A stretch of DNA of 64,000 bases from a virus. The stretch is from IMG/VR virus record IMGVR_UViG_3300013004_000026, positions 1 through 64,000 of that record; one strand, 5' to 3'. How positions within the stretch are numbered: position 1 is the first letter of the stretch; every line of letters begins with the position of its first letter. The position numbers were made by a program, and so were the translations under genes. A model generated the notes under the pieces. The model ran no database searches. It had not been told where the DNA came from and saw nothing but the letters and a program-made list of their open reading frames with translations. This document shows positions 27,621 through 38,200 of this stretch, piece after piece.

Positions 27621-28133
27621 TTATTTGAGGAATTCATTGGGATCTAAATCATAATATAAACTGTTAATCTTATGCACACCCAGCAGAAACAGTACATAAC
27701 TAGCCACACTACTACCTCGCCCAACACCCCACACAATGTTGTGTGCTCGCATGGTGTCCACAAGATATTTTAGATATTTGAGCAAGTTGAATAAGTTGCG
27801 TTCTTGAAACAGCAGCAGCTCAGTGCCAACTCGTTGTAGTTCTGCATCATTTGTGCATAATGACAACACATGCTCTGCAATATCCAACGATTGATAAGAT
27901 TCAGGCATGAGCCATTGCTGTTGGTTAGTATGATCAAAAGATTCTATATCCACAACATCAGGATTATAAATCTGAAGAGATGGAAATTCTGCATACAAAG
28001 CAGCTACCGCATAGTTGTAGATAGTGGGATCTATAACATGAACCTTGCCTAGGTCAAGTGCAGGTTTTTGATACAATAGGTCGCAAAGCTCGTCACAGCT
28101 GGCATACGCTACTCCGTATTGATCGTATTTCAT
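27621..28133 (-). CDS. DNA polymerase III alpha-like fragment (split DnaE piece)
   Basis: WGVGRGSSVASYVLFLLGVHKINSLYYDL..EFLK, corresponding to DnaE GRGS..GSLVAY.L.IT..DP; stops before PDxD. Confidence 0.8.
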   Translation of the reverse strand: MKYDQYGVAYASCDELCDLLYQKPALDLGKVHVIDPTIYNYAVAALYAEFPSLQIYNPDVVDIESFDHTNQQQWLMPESYQSLDIAEHVLSLCTNDAELQRVGTELLLFQERNLFNLLKYLKYLVDTMRAHNIVWGVGRGSSVASYVLFLLGVHKINSLYYDLDPNEFLK

Positions 28134-28375
28134 TTTTTGATATCTATGATTTTGCTAAAGTTTTTACTGTTCTTTTCCATGTCCTCAAGACGCTTGCGAT
28201 TTCTATTTGCTAGCTCGTCTTGATAGTGTTGCATGATCATTTGCATTTGCCGCAAAGCATCCCCGGATCCTAGTCTATAAGCAGAATTCATCTTATTTGT
28301 AAGTTCGGTTATTTTGTTGTACAGTTCTTCGTCTTTTAGATGAGTCACACTGTCAACTAATGGATGAAATCCCAT
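28130..28375 (-). CDS. Small helical hypothetical protein
   Basis: 81 aa, coupled on both sides. Confidence 0.65.
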   Translation of the reverse strand: MGFHPLVDSVTHLKDEELYNKITELTNKMNSAYRLGSGDALRQMQMIMQHYQDELANRNRKRLEDMEKNSKNFSKIIDIKK

Positions 28376-28809
28376 TATATATCGCCTTGTTGTCTGTGTT
28401 CGCTGTGATGTACATCAAATTCGCCACCTGGGTAACGAGCTTTCAATTTATTTACATTCTCAGCAATGACTTCGTTTGGATCTAGATTCAAAGCTCTACA
28501 TGCATTAATCCAGTACCACATGATATCGCCTAGTTCGCGTTTCATGTGAAACACATTTTCTTCGGTAAGTGGTTTGCCTTGAAAAAAGATCTTTTTTGGA
28601 ATTTCACAAAATTCACCGGTTTCTGCGGCAAGTCCCAGAGCACCTGTCAGCAGCAGCGGGACATTGATGTCTGGCCCGTGAGCGTCTTTTTCGTAATCAA
28701 AATTTCCGTCCAAGTAGTCTAGACGGTTCATGAATGTGGTTAAGTCACGAGAAGCTTCGCTGGTTACTGCACCAACGAATTCGGAATATTTGTTTAGGTC
28801 AATGTTCAT
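28375..28809 (-). CDS. MazG-like NTP pyrophosphohydrolase
   Basis: LGLAAETGEFCEIPKK, RELGDIMWY, NVNKLKARYP. Confidence 0.88.
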   Translation of the reverse strand: MNIDLNKYSEFVGAVTSEASRDLTTFMNRLDYLDGNFDYEKDAHGPDINVPLLLTGALGLAAETGEFCEIPKKIFFQGKPLTEENVFHMKRELGDIMWYWINACRALNLDPNEVIAENVNKLKARYPGGEFDVHHSEHRQQGDI

Positions 28810-28820
28810 GTTGATCTCCA

Positions 28821-28857
28821 GTCCAGTTAGTTTAACACTAACTGGACCAAGAGTCAA
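28821..28857 (-). promoter_or_regulatory. sigma70-type promoter overlapped by a 10-bp inverted repeat
   Basis: TTGACT-17-TAAACT (28852-57, 28829-34); GTCCAGTTAG/CTAACTGGAC IR 28821-28847. Confidence 0.65.
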
Positions 28858-28860
28858 TGA

Positions 28861-31800
28861 TTATGATGCAGCAAAATTACCAGTTGAGATGTCGGATGCA
28901 CCACCAACAGGTGACATCTTCCAGTATGATCCTTGTAGAGCCCTAGTGATCACACCAGGTGCATTAGGAGCACCAAATCCAATCTGAGGAATTACAGTTC
29001 CGCCAACATTTATAACCAAGATACCTTTAGCTCTAATAGATTTATTTGCAAGTGTATTTGCAGTTAGTATTATGGCTTGACCAGTTGATATACTGGGCAA
29101 TGTTGTTGTGCCAGACCATACTGTATCTACTGGACTTGTAGGAGCTGCTGCTGTGGCTACTCCATCGGTGTACACCTGTGGAACTACCGACACTTGATAA
29201 TGATACATGGTATATGTTGCTGTACCTCCAAAATTAAACAACAGTGTACCACTGGAAGGAGTAAGAGCATGAGTAATGTTGAGTTGAATCTCAAATTCAT
29301 ATGTGGTTGATGCTGCCACGGTCAATTGCCCTGCTGTGCCAGAAGTACCGCCAAATATACCATAAGCAGTATTTGTTCCAGCAGTAGGAATAAGGCTACC
29401 ATTGTTAAATGCAGCATTGCCACTGATAACGTACATGTGTGGTGTTTGAATAACAGCACGGCTGCTGGTGGTTGGGGTAGCATACCAAACTCCACTAGCA
29501 AATTCAACTGCGCCAACTTTTGGTGTGGTTAGCAGCGTGCCGGTCGGAACAAGCAAACTTTCTTGAGTGTTGGTTGCTGCATCTAGACTGATGTTTGCAG
29601 CAGTAATGCCGCCGCCCACACCAAGACCGCCTGAGCCGGTTATAACAATAGAACCGATAGTCTTGGATGTACTGTTGATTCCAGCATTGGCTGCAATAAC
29701 ACCGCCAACATTGAGTTTGCTTTGAATACCAGCGCCACCTAGCACTGTCAGACTACCGTTTGGATCTGTTCCGCCTTTGGTACTTTCGGTTGAACTTGCT
29801 GCAACCAGGTTAGCATAAGAACTGCTGAACCCTAAACCACCCAGATAGCTGGCGCCATTGGCATACACATTACCTGCAACACCTAGCCCGCCATCACTGG
29901 TGCTGCCGTCAGCAAGGATAACTTGTTTGATTTGTAGTGCGCCACTGTTGAAGTTTGTGGCCCAGGCGCCGCTGTTGAGTACCAGGTTGCCACTCCACGC
30001 ACCAACTGGTTTTGTAGTTGCACCGTTGTAAACGCCAGACCATGTATTGGTATTGTTATCATACGATGTGCCGTCGTGTGGTTGTCCTATGTGTAGGTTA
30101 CCAAACACATTTACGCCACCCAGCGCAGTCATAGCACCCAAAGTTGGATTGCCGCCAGTTAGTACAGTTTCGTTTGGCTTGATTGGTGATGTGGTAGGAG
30201 TGCCCCGGGCGGCTTCTCTATTGAGAATGAATATAGAACCGGAGTCACTGGTACCAATATTGATATCACCGCTTACGCTCATGCCCACACGAGCCGAGCC
30301 GTTGCCTAGTACTAGGCCGCCTGTGGAAATATCTCCAGCTGTGACATTTTCAGAATTGTCAATGAACACACGACCTTGTGAGCCAGAACCAATTCCAATG
30401 ACCACATTGCTTTCAAACAGTGTGCCGCCAATCACTCGCAATGCTGCTGTAGCACTCCTTGCATCTGCATTGCTGTTAATCATTGCAGTACCATTGGTAC
30501 GCAGTGTACTGGTAATTACCAGGCCATTTGCACCGCCTGCGTCACCAACATACAAATTACCTGCAATACCAACCCCGCCTTTGACTACCAATGCACCTGT
30601 AGAAACATCTGTGGCTCTACTGCCTGCCAACACAAACATACCGCCTTTGAGAGCTCCGTCAACAGTTTGCCCGCCAACATACAAATTACCTTTGATGGCT
30701 GCACCACCTTGTACCTGGAAAGCTCCAGCATTCAAGTTACTTGCAGTGGTAGTCGCGTTTGAGTATAAGTTTGTCCCGGCAATTATATTCTTTTGAGCAC
30801 TGATACCGCCAGCCACAGAAAACGCACCTGTGGTTGAGCTAGTAGCATCTGTGGTGCTGGCCAGGCCAAATGTACCACCCACATTCAAGTCACCACCAAC
30901 ACCTACACCGCCTTGTACCACTAAAGCACCAGTTGCTGTGCTGTTTGAAAGTGTAGAAGGCATGCCAATGGTCACTGCTTTGTTGAAACTCCAACGATCG
31001 TCGCTGGCCAAAGTTAACCCACTGTTTACATATTCAATGTTTGCAAACGCTGTATCCACGCTGAGACCAGCGCCATTGGCCAAGGTTGCTGATGCTGCAC
31101 CGCTGGCCACAATTATGTTTTTGTCATCCACTGTCATCACAGTAGAATTGATAGTTGTTGTGGTACCATTAACAGTCAAGCAGCCAGTGATAATAACATT
31201 TTGATCGTTGTCAATGGTAACTGCAGGAGTCATTACACCACCATCGCGCTTGGTGCTGATCACAATGTTGCCGCCTAGGCCGTATGAAGTATTACTACCA
31301 GTGGCATACATGCCAATGGCTGCTACCTGTTGATAACTGTTGTTGCTATCGTCTTTGTTCTTTGTGAAAGCTAGGCCGTTAAAATAACCAATGTAGTCAC
31401 CAGTGTTGACCACAGTTTCAGTTGGATTGGCAGCACCTGCTGCACCTGGGTCAGCAGTACGACTTTTAGCAACGCTAAAACCGGCCTGTGTCATTGTGGC
31501 AGGATTATTTCCGCCATCTGCAAAATTCTGGAATGAAGTTACTCCGCCGCGCACACTGAAAGTGTCTGTGCCTGCCTTGGTGTTACTGTCAATCTTGGCA
31601 CTTACGGCAAACAAATTGCCCCATCCCAGTCTCAGCGTAGGAGTTGGATAACCGCCAATGCCGGCCATGTAGAAGTTGGGATCACGGAACACTGGGTTGC
31701 CGCGAGTGAGTTCGCGAACAAAAGTAGTTGTACCACTGTCAACACTGGAGAATTCAAAAATGTAATCACCAGGATCAGTAAAGGTAATCAGCCTACTGGA

Positions 31801-32298
31801 ACTCACTGTGCGCAAACCAGGAATTCCAGACAAATCGGTGGTCAGTGTACTTGGTAATTCCAATGTGTTTTCTACACTGCTGATGTTAACATAAAATAAC
31901 AATCGTGCAAACTGAAGCGCCGCTGGCCAGTTCTTGATCACAGAGTTGATCTTGATTGAACCAGTTGCATTAAGTTTGTGAATATTGCCAAGAGCCAGAT
32001 CCAGCTGAATTTCTGTAGCGGTGGCTGCGCCTACTTCGCCCCAGTCATACACTGTTTCACTTTGATTCTTGGTTTGAATATTTTTTACCTGACTGCCCAA
32101 AAAGTTGTTATCCAACGAGCTTCCGCTGAGCGCACTCTTAAGAATAACTTTGGATTGCAGGTCTTCAACTTCTTGTTTGATAAAAATGAAGTTGTTTTTG
32201 ATGTTGGTAAAGTTATCGCGGAAGCCTTGACTGTCATTGTCTTGCCCTGCGATTGGGTAATTACCATTGATATTAAACGGATTTACTAAGCTGGCCAT
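28861..32298 (-). CDS. Virion structural / tail fibre protein
   Basis: N-term PIAGQDNDSQGFRDNF plus coiled coil; many GALxVxGGVG(I/V)xGNL repeats. Confidence 0.75.
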   Translation of the reverse strand: MASLVNPFNINGNYPIAGQDNDSQGFRDNFTNIKNNFIFIKQEVEDLQSKVILKSALSGSSLDNNFLGSQVKNIQTKNQSETVYDWGEVGAATATEIQLDLALGNIHKLNATGSIKINSVIKNWPAALQFARLLFYVNISSVENTLELPSTLTTDLSGIPGLRTVSSSRLITFTDPGDYIFEFSSVDSGTTTFVRELTRGNPVFRDPNFYMAGIGGYPTPTLRLGWGNLFAVSAKIDSNTKAGTDTFSVRGGVTSFQNFADGGNNPATMTQAGFSVAKSRTADPGAAGAANPTETVVNTGDYIGYFNGLAFTKNKDDSNNSYQQVAAIGMYATGSNTSYGLGGNIVISTKRDGGVMTPAVTIDNDQNVIITGCLTVNGTTTTINSTVMTVDDKNIIVASGAASATLANGAGLSVDTAFANIEYVNSGLTLASDDRWSFNKAVTIGMPSTLSNSTATGALVVQGGVGVGGDLNVGGTFGLASTTDATSSTTGAFSVAGGISAQKNIIAGTNLYSNATTTASNLNAGAFQVQGGAAIKGNLYVGGQTVDGALKGGMFVLAGSRATDVSTGALVVKGGVGIAGNLYVGDAGGANGLVITSTLRTNGTAMINSNADARSATAALRVIGGTLFESNVVIGIGSGSQGRVFIDNSENVTAGDISTGGLVLGNGSARVGMSVSGDINIGTSDSGSIFILNREAARGTPTTSPIKPNETVLTGGNPTLGAMTALGGVNVFGNLHIGQPHDGTSYDNNTNTWSGVYNGATTKPVGAWSGNLVLNSGAWATNFNSGALQIKQVILADGSTSDGGLGVAGNVYANGASYLGGLGFSSSYANLVAASSTESTKGGTDPNGSLTVLGGAGIQSKLNVGGVIAANAGINSTSKTIGSIVITGSGGLGVGGGITAANISLDAATNTQESLLVPTGTLLTTPKVGAVEFASGVWYATPTTSSRAVIQTPHMYVISGNAAFNNGSLIPTAGTNTAYGIFGGTSGTAGQLTVAASTTYEFEIQLNITHALTPSSGTLLFNFGGTATYTMYHYQVSVVPQVYTDGVATAAAPTSPVDTVWSGTTTLPSISTGQAIILTANTLANKSIRAKGILVINVGGTVIPQIGFGAPNAPGVITRALQGSYWKMSPVGGASDISTGNFAAS

Positions 32299-35200
32299 TA
32301 TCTAAATACTCCGGTTTTAGGGAACTTGATATATTTATCCAGAGCTCCTGGTTCGGTATAGTTGTCTCTGTTGCTAACAAAACGGGTGCCTTCGGTGTCA
32401 AAACTGGTGTTTTGAGTGCTATCTGGCAGGTTAGTACTGATCAAACTATACTCTGGTACTGTTTTACCCGTCTTGATCAACGGGTCATAAAACAGCTTGG
32501 TTGTTTCTCTAATTACTGTAACCACTTGGTTAAGCAGAATTTGTCGTATAAAAGTCAGGACAACCAAATCGTTGGCAATTTCCACTTGCCAAATACCTGC
32601 TCGTTGGTTGCTGATGTTGGTATTAATACTGTCTAGATATCCTGGAATAATTGTGAGTTCATCATATGCACCTGTATCAAATCCTGAACCAGAACTGGGT
32701 TCTGAACCAAATGTTTCGTTAAACAAGTTCCAACCATCATTTACACCGCCAAACCCTTCTTGTTGTGCAAAAATCAAGGTGTCTCCAGTTTGTAAGCTGT
32801 ATCCACGCTGTGTCACAGATTGAACTGTGTTGAGATTAATTTGATCAAATCGCACATTGCGTATGGCCCAGGTCACTGTAAAGTTTGGAGACTCGCGCAG
32901 TACAACACCTGCTGTGCCAACTGCCACTGGTATTACCGTGTCTCTACTTACTGCATTCAATTGATTGTTCACAAAACGATCGGACTGGCGCCAGCTGGTG
33001 CCATCGGTGCTGTACACAATAGAACCTCTATCGCCTACTGCAACATATTGATTGTTTACAAAAGCCACAGATCTCAAGGTGTCTGTAACACCGGCTGTGT
33101 AACGTTGCCAAACTGTATCTTCCTGATTTTTCAACCATACACTGCCCTTTTGCCCTACTATCACCCACTGGCCTGCATAATAAACATCATACAAGTTTAG
33201 GCTAGTGGTAGAATTATCTAAGGTCCAAGTCAGCCCATCGTCGACACTGGTAATAATTTGCCCACCCTCCCCCACTGCAATCCATGTATCAACATTGTGA
33301 TACACAGCAGTTAGTGTTCTATTGGCCAGAGTAATAATTGGCAAGCTCCAAATTTCGCCATTGGTGCTGCGGATCACAGTACCCTCATTTCCAACTGCAA
33401 CATAGGTATACAATGTGTTTACGCCGCTGGTGTAACTACGCACTCCGACTGACTTCAAATCGCCGTACAACAAACCAAACTGCTGACTCCATGCACGATC
33501 TGCAACAGATTTTTGAATAATTAATCCTCGATCGCCTACTGCTAACCAACGATCTGCCACACTAATAACTTTATTCAATACCACCCCAGTAAGACCAAAT
33601 GTTATTACATTGTCGTATCCAACATTTATGTTTGCAGTCAATGGGTTGCTCAGTGTAATGGAAGTATCTGTTTTTGCAATGATAGAAGTATTTTCCAACA
33701 CTGATTCTGGTGTACTGAAGTTGATTGAAACATTGCTTTGCGCTGCTACTGTTGAATTAGCAAACACCACAGTCAAATTACTATAAGTGGCATTGGCAGA
33801 TATTTCTGCTATTCTAGCAGTAATTGGAATCCCAGGGCCAACCACATTCATTCCTCTAAAGATGCTACCATTAATGCCAGCTGTGCGAACTGTGATGTAC
33901 ATGCTGGTCCCAAAAGGTGTTACTGAGGCCCAGGCCGCAGTATTATCGCTGTTTGCAATTTCTGTAACATTGAAAATTTGACTACCAATTGGCAACAAGG
34001 TTGTGTCACTAACATTAATCACAGAGTTGCCTGCCATAGCCGTGGTTGTGATTCGATGCACCAGCGTTAGGTCTGACCCAGCTTGAATATTTGCACTTGG
34101 TGGCACACTGATGTTGGCATAAATGTATTTGGTTAGAACTGTAGCACCAGCATTGATAGCAGTTAATCTTGGATAGTAGTTAGCAGATACATTGCCAACA
34201 CTGGTAAAAGTTATGTTGTTGACAAAAGCCGGTGTAGTATTTGCTGTGACCAATACCTCTATATTTCCTCGTAGGTCGTCAAAGGTAATACTAGTGCCTG
34301 TGGGTATAACATTGGTAGTGACATTGCTAAGAAACAGAGTGTTGCCAACATTGGCTGTAATTACTGCTGCATTGGCCAAGTCAATGCCTTTGGTATACAC
34401 AGCATACCCTGTTTGAATATTTGTTGCTGTGTCAATATACACTTCGCTATGGCCGGCGGCGGCTGTACGAGTAACATTAGCGTAAAATTTAGTACCATCT
34501 TGCCATGACACAAATTCTAACGCAGTGCCTGACACAATGGTATTGGCTATATTACTACTCACCCGAATACTGTTTTCAATTGCTGTAACAAAACTTCTTG
34601 CGTTGGATACAAAAATACTTGACTGTGCAATTTCGTCACCGATCTTTACTACCGAGGTAGACGGAAATCTTATCACGCTTGTGCTGCCAGCAGTGAGACT
34701 GTTCAATATTCCCAAAGTATATGTAAAGTTTATTCTTGCATTGTCAGCAGCCCATTTTTCTCCACTACGACTTTGAAGTATGGCACTGTTGGCACCAATG
34801 GCAAGATAGCCTGCGCCAACTTTGTATGCTATACTGGTAAGTTGGTTGCCTGTGCCACTGGTTTCAATCAGCCATGCTCCTTTATCTACTATACCAACAC
34901 TGGGAATCCTATTAAAAGTTGTGGTCTGACTACGCACAAAAGAGTTTGAATCTGCGTTGTAGTTTTCGCTCAGAGTTCTATCCCATTGATATCTGTCGGC
35001 AGTAAATTTGAACGAGTTCATGATATCGCCGACACTGAATCCGCTTTGCTCCAAAGCCGCTTGATAACGATACAGCAATTTATCACCTTCGCCGGGATTA
35101 GCATAAGCCAGAACCAACCCTCTAGTCAGGCCCAGTGGCTGATTGGTTTCTGGCTGGACACTCAACATCCAGTCTGGCAATGCTCCTTGAAATTCGTACC

Positions 35201-38200
35201 CAATACGCTCAATGTCTTTTGCCATGTTGGCAAAGCTATTGGTATATACTGTGTTTTCGCCTGTGAGATCGTCGCTGGTAATAAGTCCAAAATCGTCAGT
35301 TCGTGTTATTCTATCGTCCACACTGTGATAATCATCAATGTCCAGACCAGGAGAAATCAAGGTTCCATAATCTATACCTGTGTTTCTGCGCACACTGATT
35401 ATTTCTCCTGGACGATTGGCTGAGTTATAATCCAGTACATCTACATACAATACTTCGTATTTGATAGATCCATCTATGTTTCTAGCCACAGCCTTGCGAA
35501 TAGTGCCAAAGTTTATTTTTTTATTGATATGATGATCACTCATTGCATCCACATAATGTGCTGCTGTTTCTGCTCGTAGCCCTGCCTGAACCAGCATAGT
35601 CAGATCAAGATGTACTCCAAAATATGGATCATTTGGACGATATATCAAATCATTGCTGCTTAGATTTGCGTCAGTTACAATAGATCTAAACACCTGTCTA
35701 AGGCCAGCTGGTAACAAAGCCTTGAGATATAAATTTTCAAAAGGTCGTTGATTTATATTTTTCACCACTAGTGAAAATTCTTTTTCACTGTAAATTTGTC
35801 CTGTAACATCTTCTGCAATGACTGTGAATGTAAATTTACTATCATAGGTATTTGTACCTGTATCAAACTGTATTTGACTAGTGTTCCTGTCTATGCTAAA
35901 AAAATCAAATGATGTTCTACCGCTGATAAGTCCATTAGGTAACAGTCGTAGACCTTGTGGAATTCGTAGGTATTGTCCGCTCTTGACTCTATAAGTCAAA
36001 CTAGTATTACTTCTGCTGGTAGCTTCAATTTGTAAAGTGCTTATAGCACCGTTGTCAATGGAATCTAAATTAGTTGGTGTGTTCCAAGTTACAAGGTCTT
36101 GGGCTGCACTCAGCACTTTTAGGGTAAATTTAACAGGCTGACTACTGCGTCGACTGGTAACAGATTCACTAATAGGAACATCAACATAAGCTGTCACTAT
36201 AAATTCATAAGTGGATTCGTATGATGTACTGGTACCTAGTGTACCTAGTAACCAGCCAGTATTAAGATCAAGAAAAATACCACCCGGCAGGCTTAGATCA
36301 GATTGATCAAAACTTTTGTTGTCAAATGGAACAATAGTATACACATTATCCTGATCGTCAGGGGATGGTGCGGCACCTTGATCAAACCTAGCAGGCCCAG
36401 ATGCATTAACTGACCACTTTACTTGGCCATTTGGATTTGCATAATAGGCCTGAAATCTATAGGCATAACTTTGCAATTGTCGTACAGGCGGCAACTCAAC
36501 CGAGGTTGTTATAATACTTGGATACAAGTACCCATCTCGATCAACAGAATATAATGTGCTATCAGCAGTAATTAATTCATTGTCAACCAAGAAAAATGAT
36601 CTAGCATAAATTCCAATGGAATATCTTTGATAAGAATAATTTATTCCATCATAGATTCGAATGGTAAATTGGTATCTACGACTGTCGGCAGCGCCTTCAA
36701 AATCCCATACATATTGATCGTAACCGCCAACATCATATGCTGAAGTGCCTGCTTCTCCGGCTGCCGACGGAGCTAGTGCAAACCCACTGATCAACCCTGA
36801 TTGACTGAGTGCAAGTCCTGGAGGTAATCTGCCTTGACTCACACTCCATTCTAATTTGCCAGTTGGGCTGGTTTCTAGAGCGTTGATTTGAAGTACCACT
36901 GGGTCACTGTCAAAGAAGTACCCTAGATCTTCGATACCAAAGCTGGTAAGATTGTCGATGGTGGCACTGGCTGTGGTTGTATTGGCACCACTAAATGTGA
37001 TTGTAGGAATAGAGGTATATCCGGTGCCGGCCTTGGTCAACCCAATGCTTTTGATTGCACCATTGGCAAATAAAAATATTTTGCCCGGCAAAGCCGATTC
37101 ACTGTCTAGGAGGTCGGGCGCACTTATACTTACAGCTACATTTGCAGCAAAATACCCACTGCCTCTGTTGGTGAAACTTAAATTAATGTTACCTCGTGTT
37201 TGACCAACTCCTTCGCCGCGCACTCCTGTTGGCAAAATCGTAGGAAGCACAATCTGATTTACAAATATGCTAAATGTTCTGTCGGCAATTTGATTTACGG
37301 TATTCTTGACTCTTATAGTAAAACGGAATTCTCTAGCCACAGGATCGCCGGAGGTTACAACCTGAGGAAAACCATAAATTCTACCGCTTGGTACTACCTG
37401 TAGTCCTGGAGGAAGTTGTCCACTGAGCAAACTATAGGTTAAATTGCTTGCTTGAGGTTCAATGTTTGCCACACCGGAAACTTCGTCACTACTGAGACTG
37501 CCGTAGAATCTGGCTCCAACTATGTACGGAAATGTTGGCTGATCATCCAAATCTTGTGACATGAAATAGGCATAGGTGCCATTGGGAAATTCTGGAGTTA
37601 CACAAAATCTTCCATTGCTTTGATCTAATGTTGTACCGCTAGGAGCGGTATATTCATAATCTTGTACAAAGATACCCAATGGCCAGATACCTTGCACCCT
37701 GGTATCAGTTCTGAACTCATAATTTATTTCTGCGTTCACTTGTATTGCATTTGAAAGCACCCGCACAATTTTATAGGTTTTTGCTGGCCAGGGGCCGCGC
37801 AGTTCCATACCAGGATACAATCCTTGTGTGGTGCTTACTGGAATTTGAGTACCGGGATACCGGCCTGGTAATACACTTACACTTGCGGGCAACGGGCGCC
37901 CTGATTTTTCAACAAGAGTATAGCCTGAACGCATTCTTACCACACCACCAATGGTGCTTGGGTTATCATATCCATACGGACCGTAAATAGGATAACCATC
38001 AATGGCCCATCCTAGTATTTTGCTATGACCGTCGGTGTGTCGATATCCTGATTTCCATGCAAGCAAGTTTTGCCAAGCATCTGCATTTATAAATTGACTG
38101 GTACGATAGTTATAGGTACCATTTGCTGCTGGCTGACCTCCACTGGCATCTTCTCCTAGTACTCCAGCTGCTACTGCATTCACAGTCCAGTTTGAATCAA

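Noticed and set aside
27621-28133. Intein- or intron-split dnaE
   Set aside because: No intein terminal motifs, homing endonuclease or intron-sized gap next to the fragment
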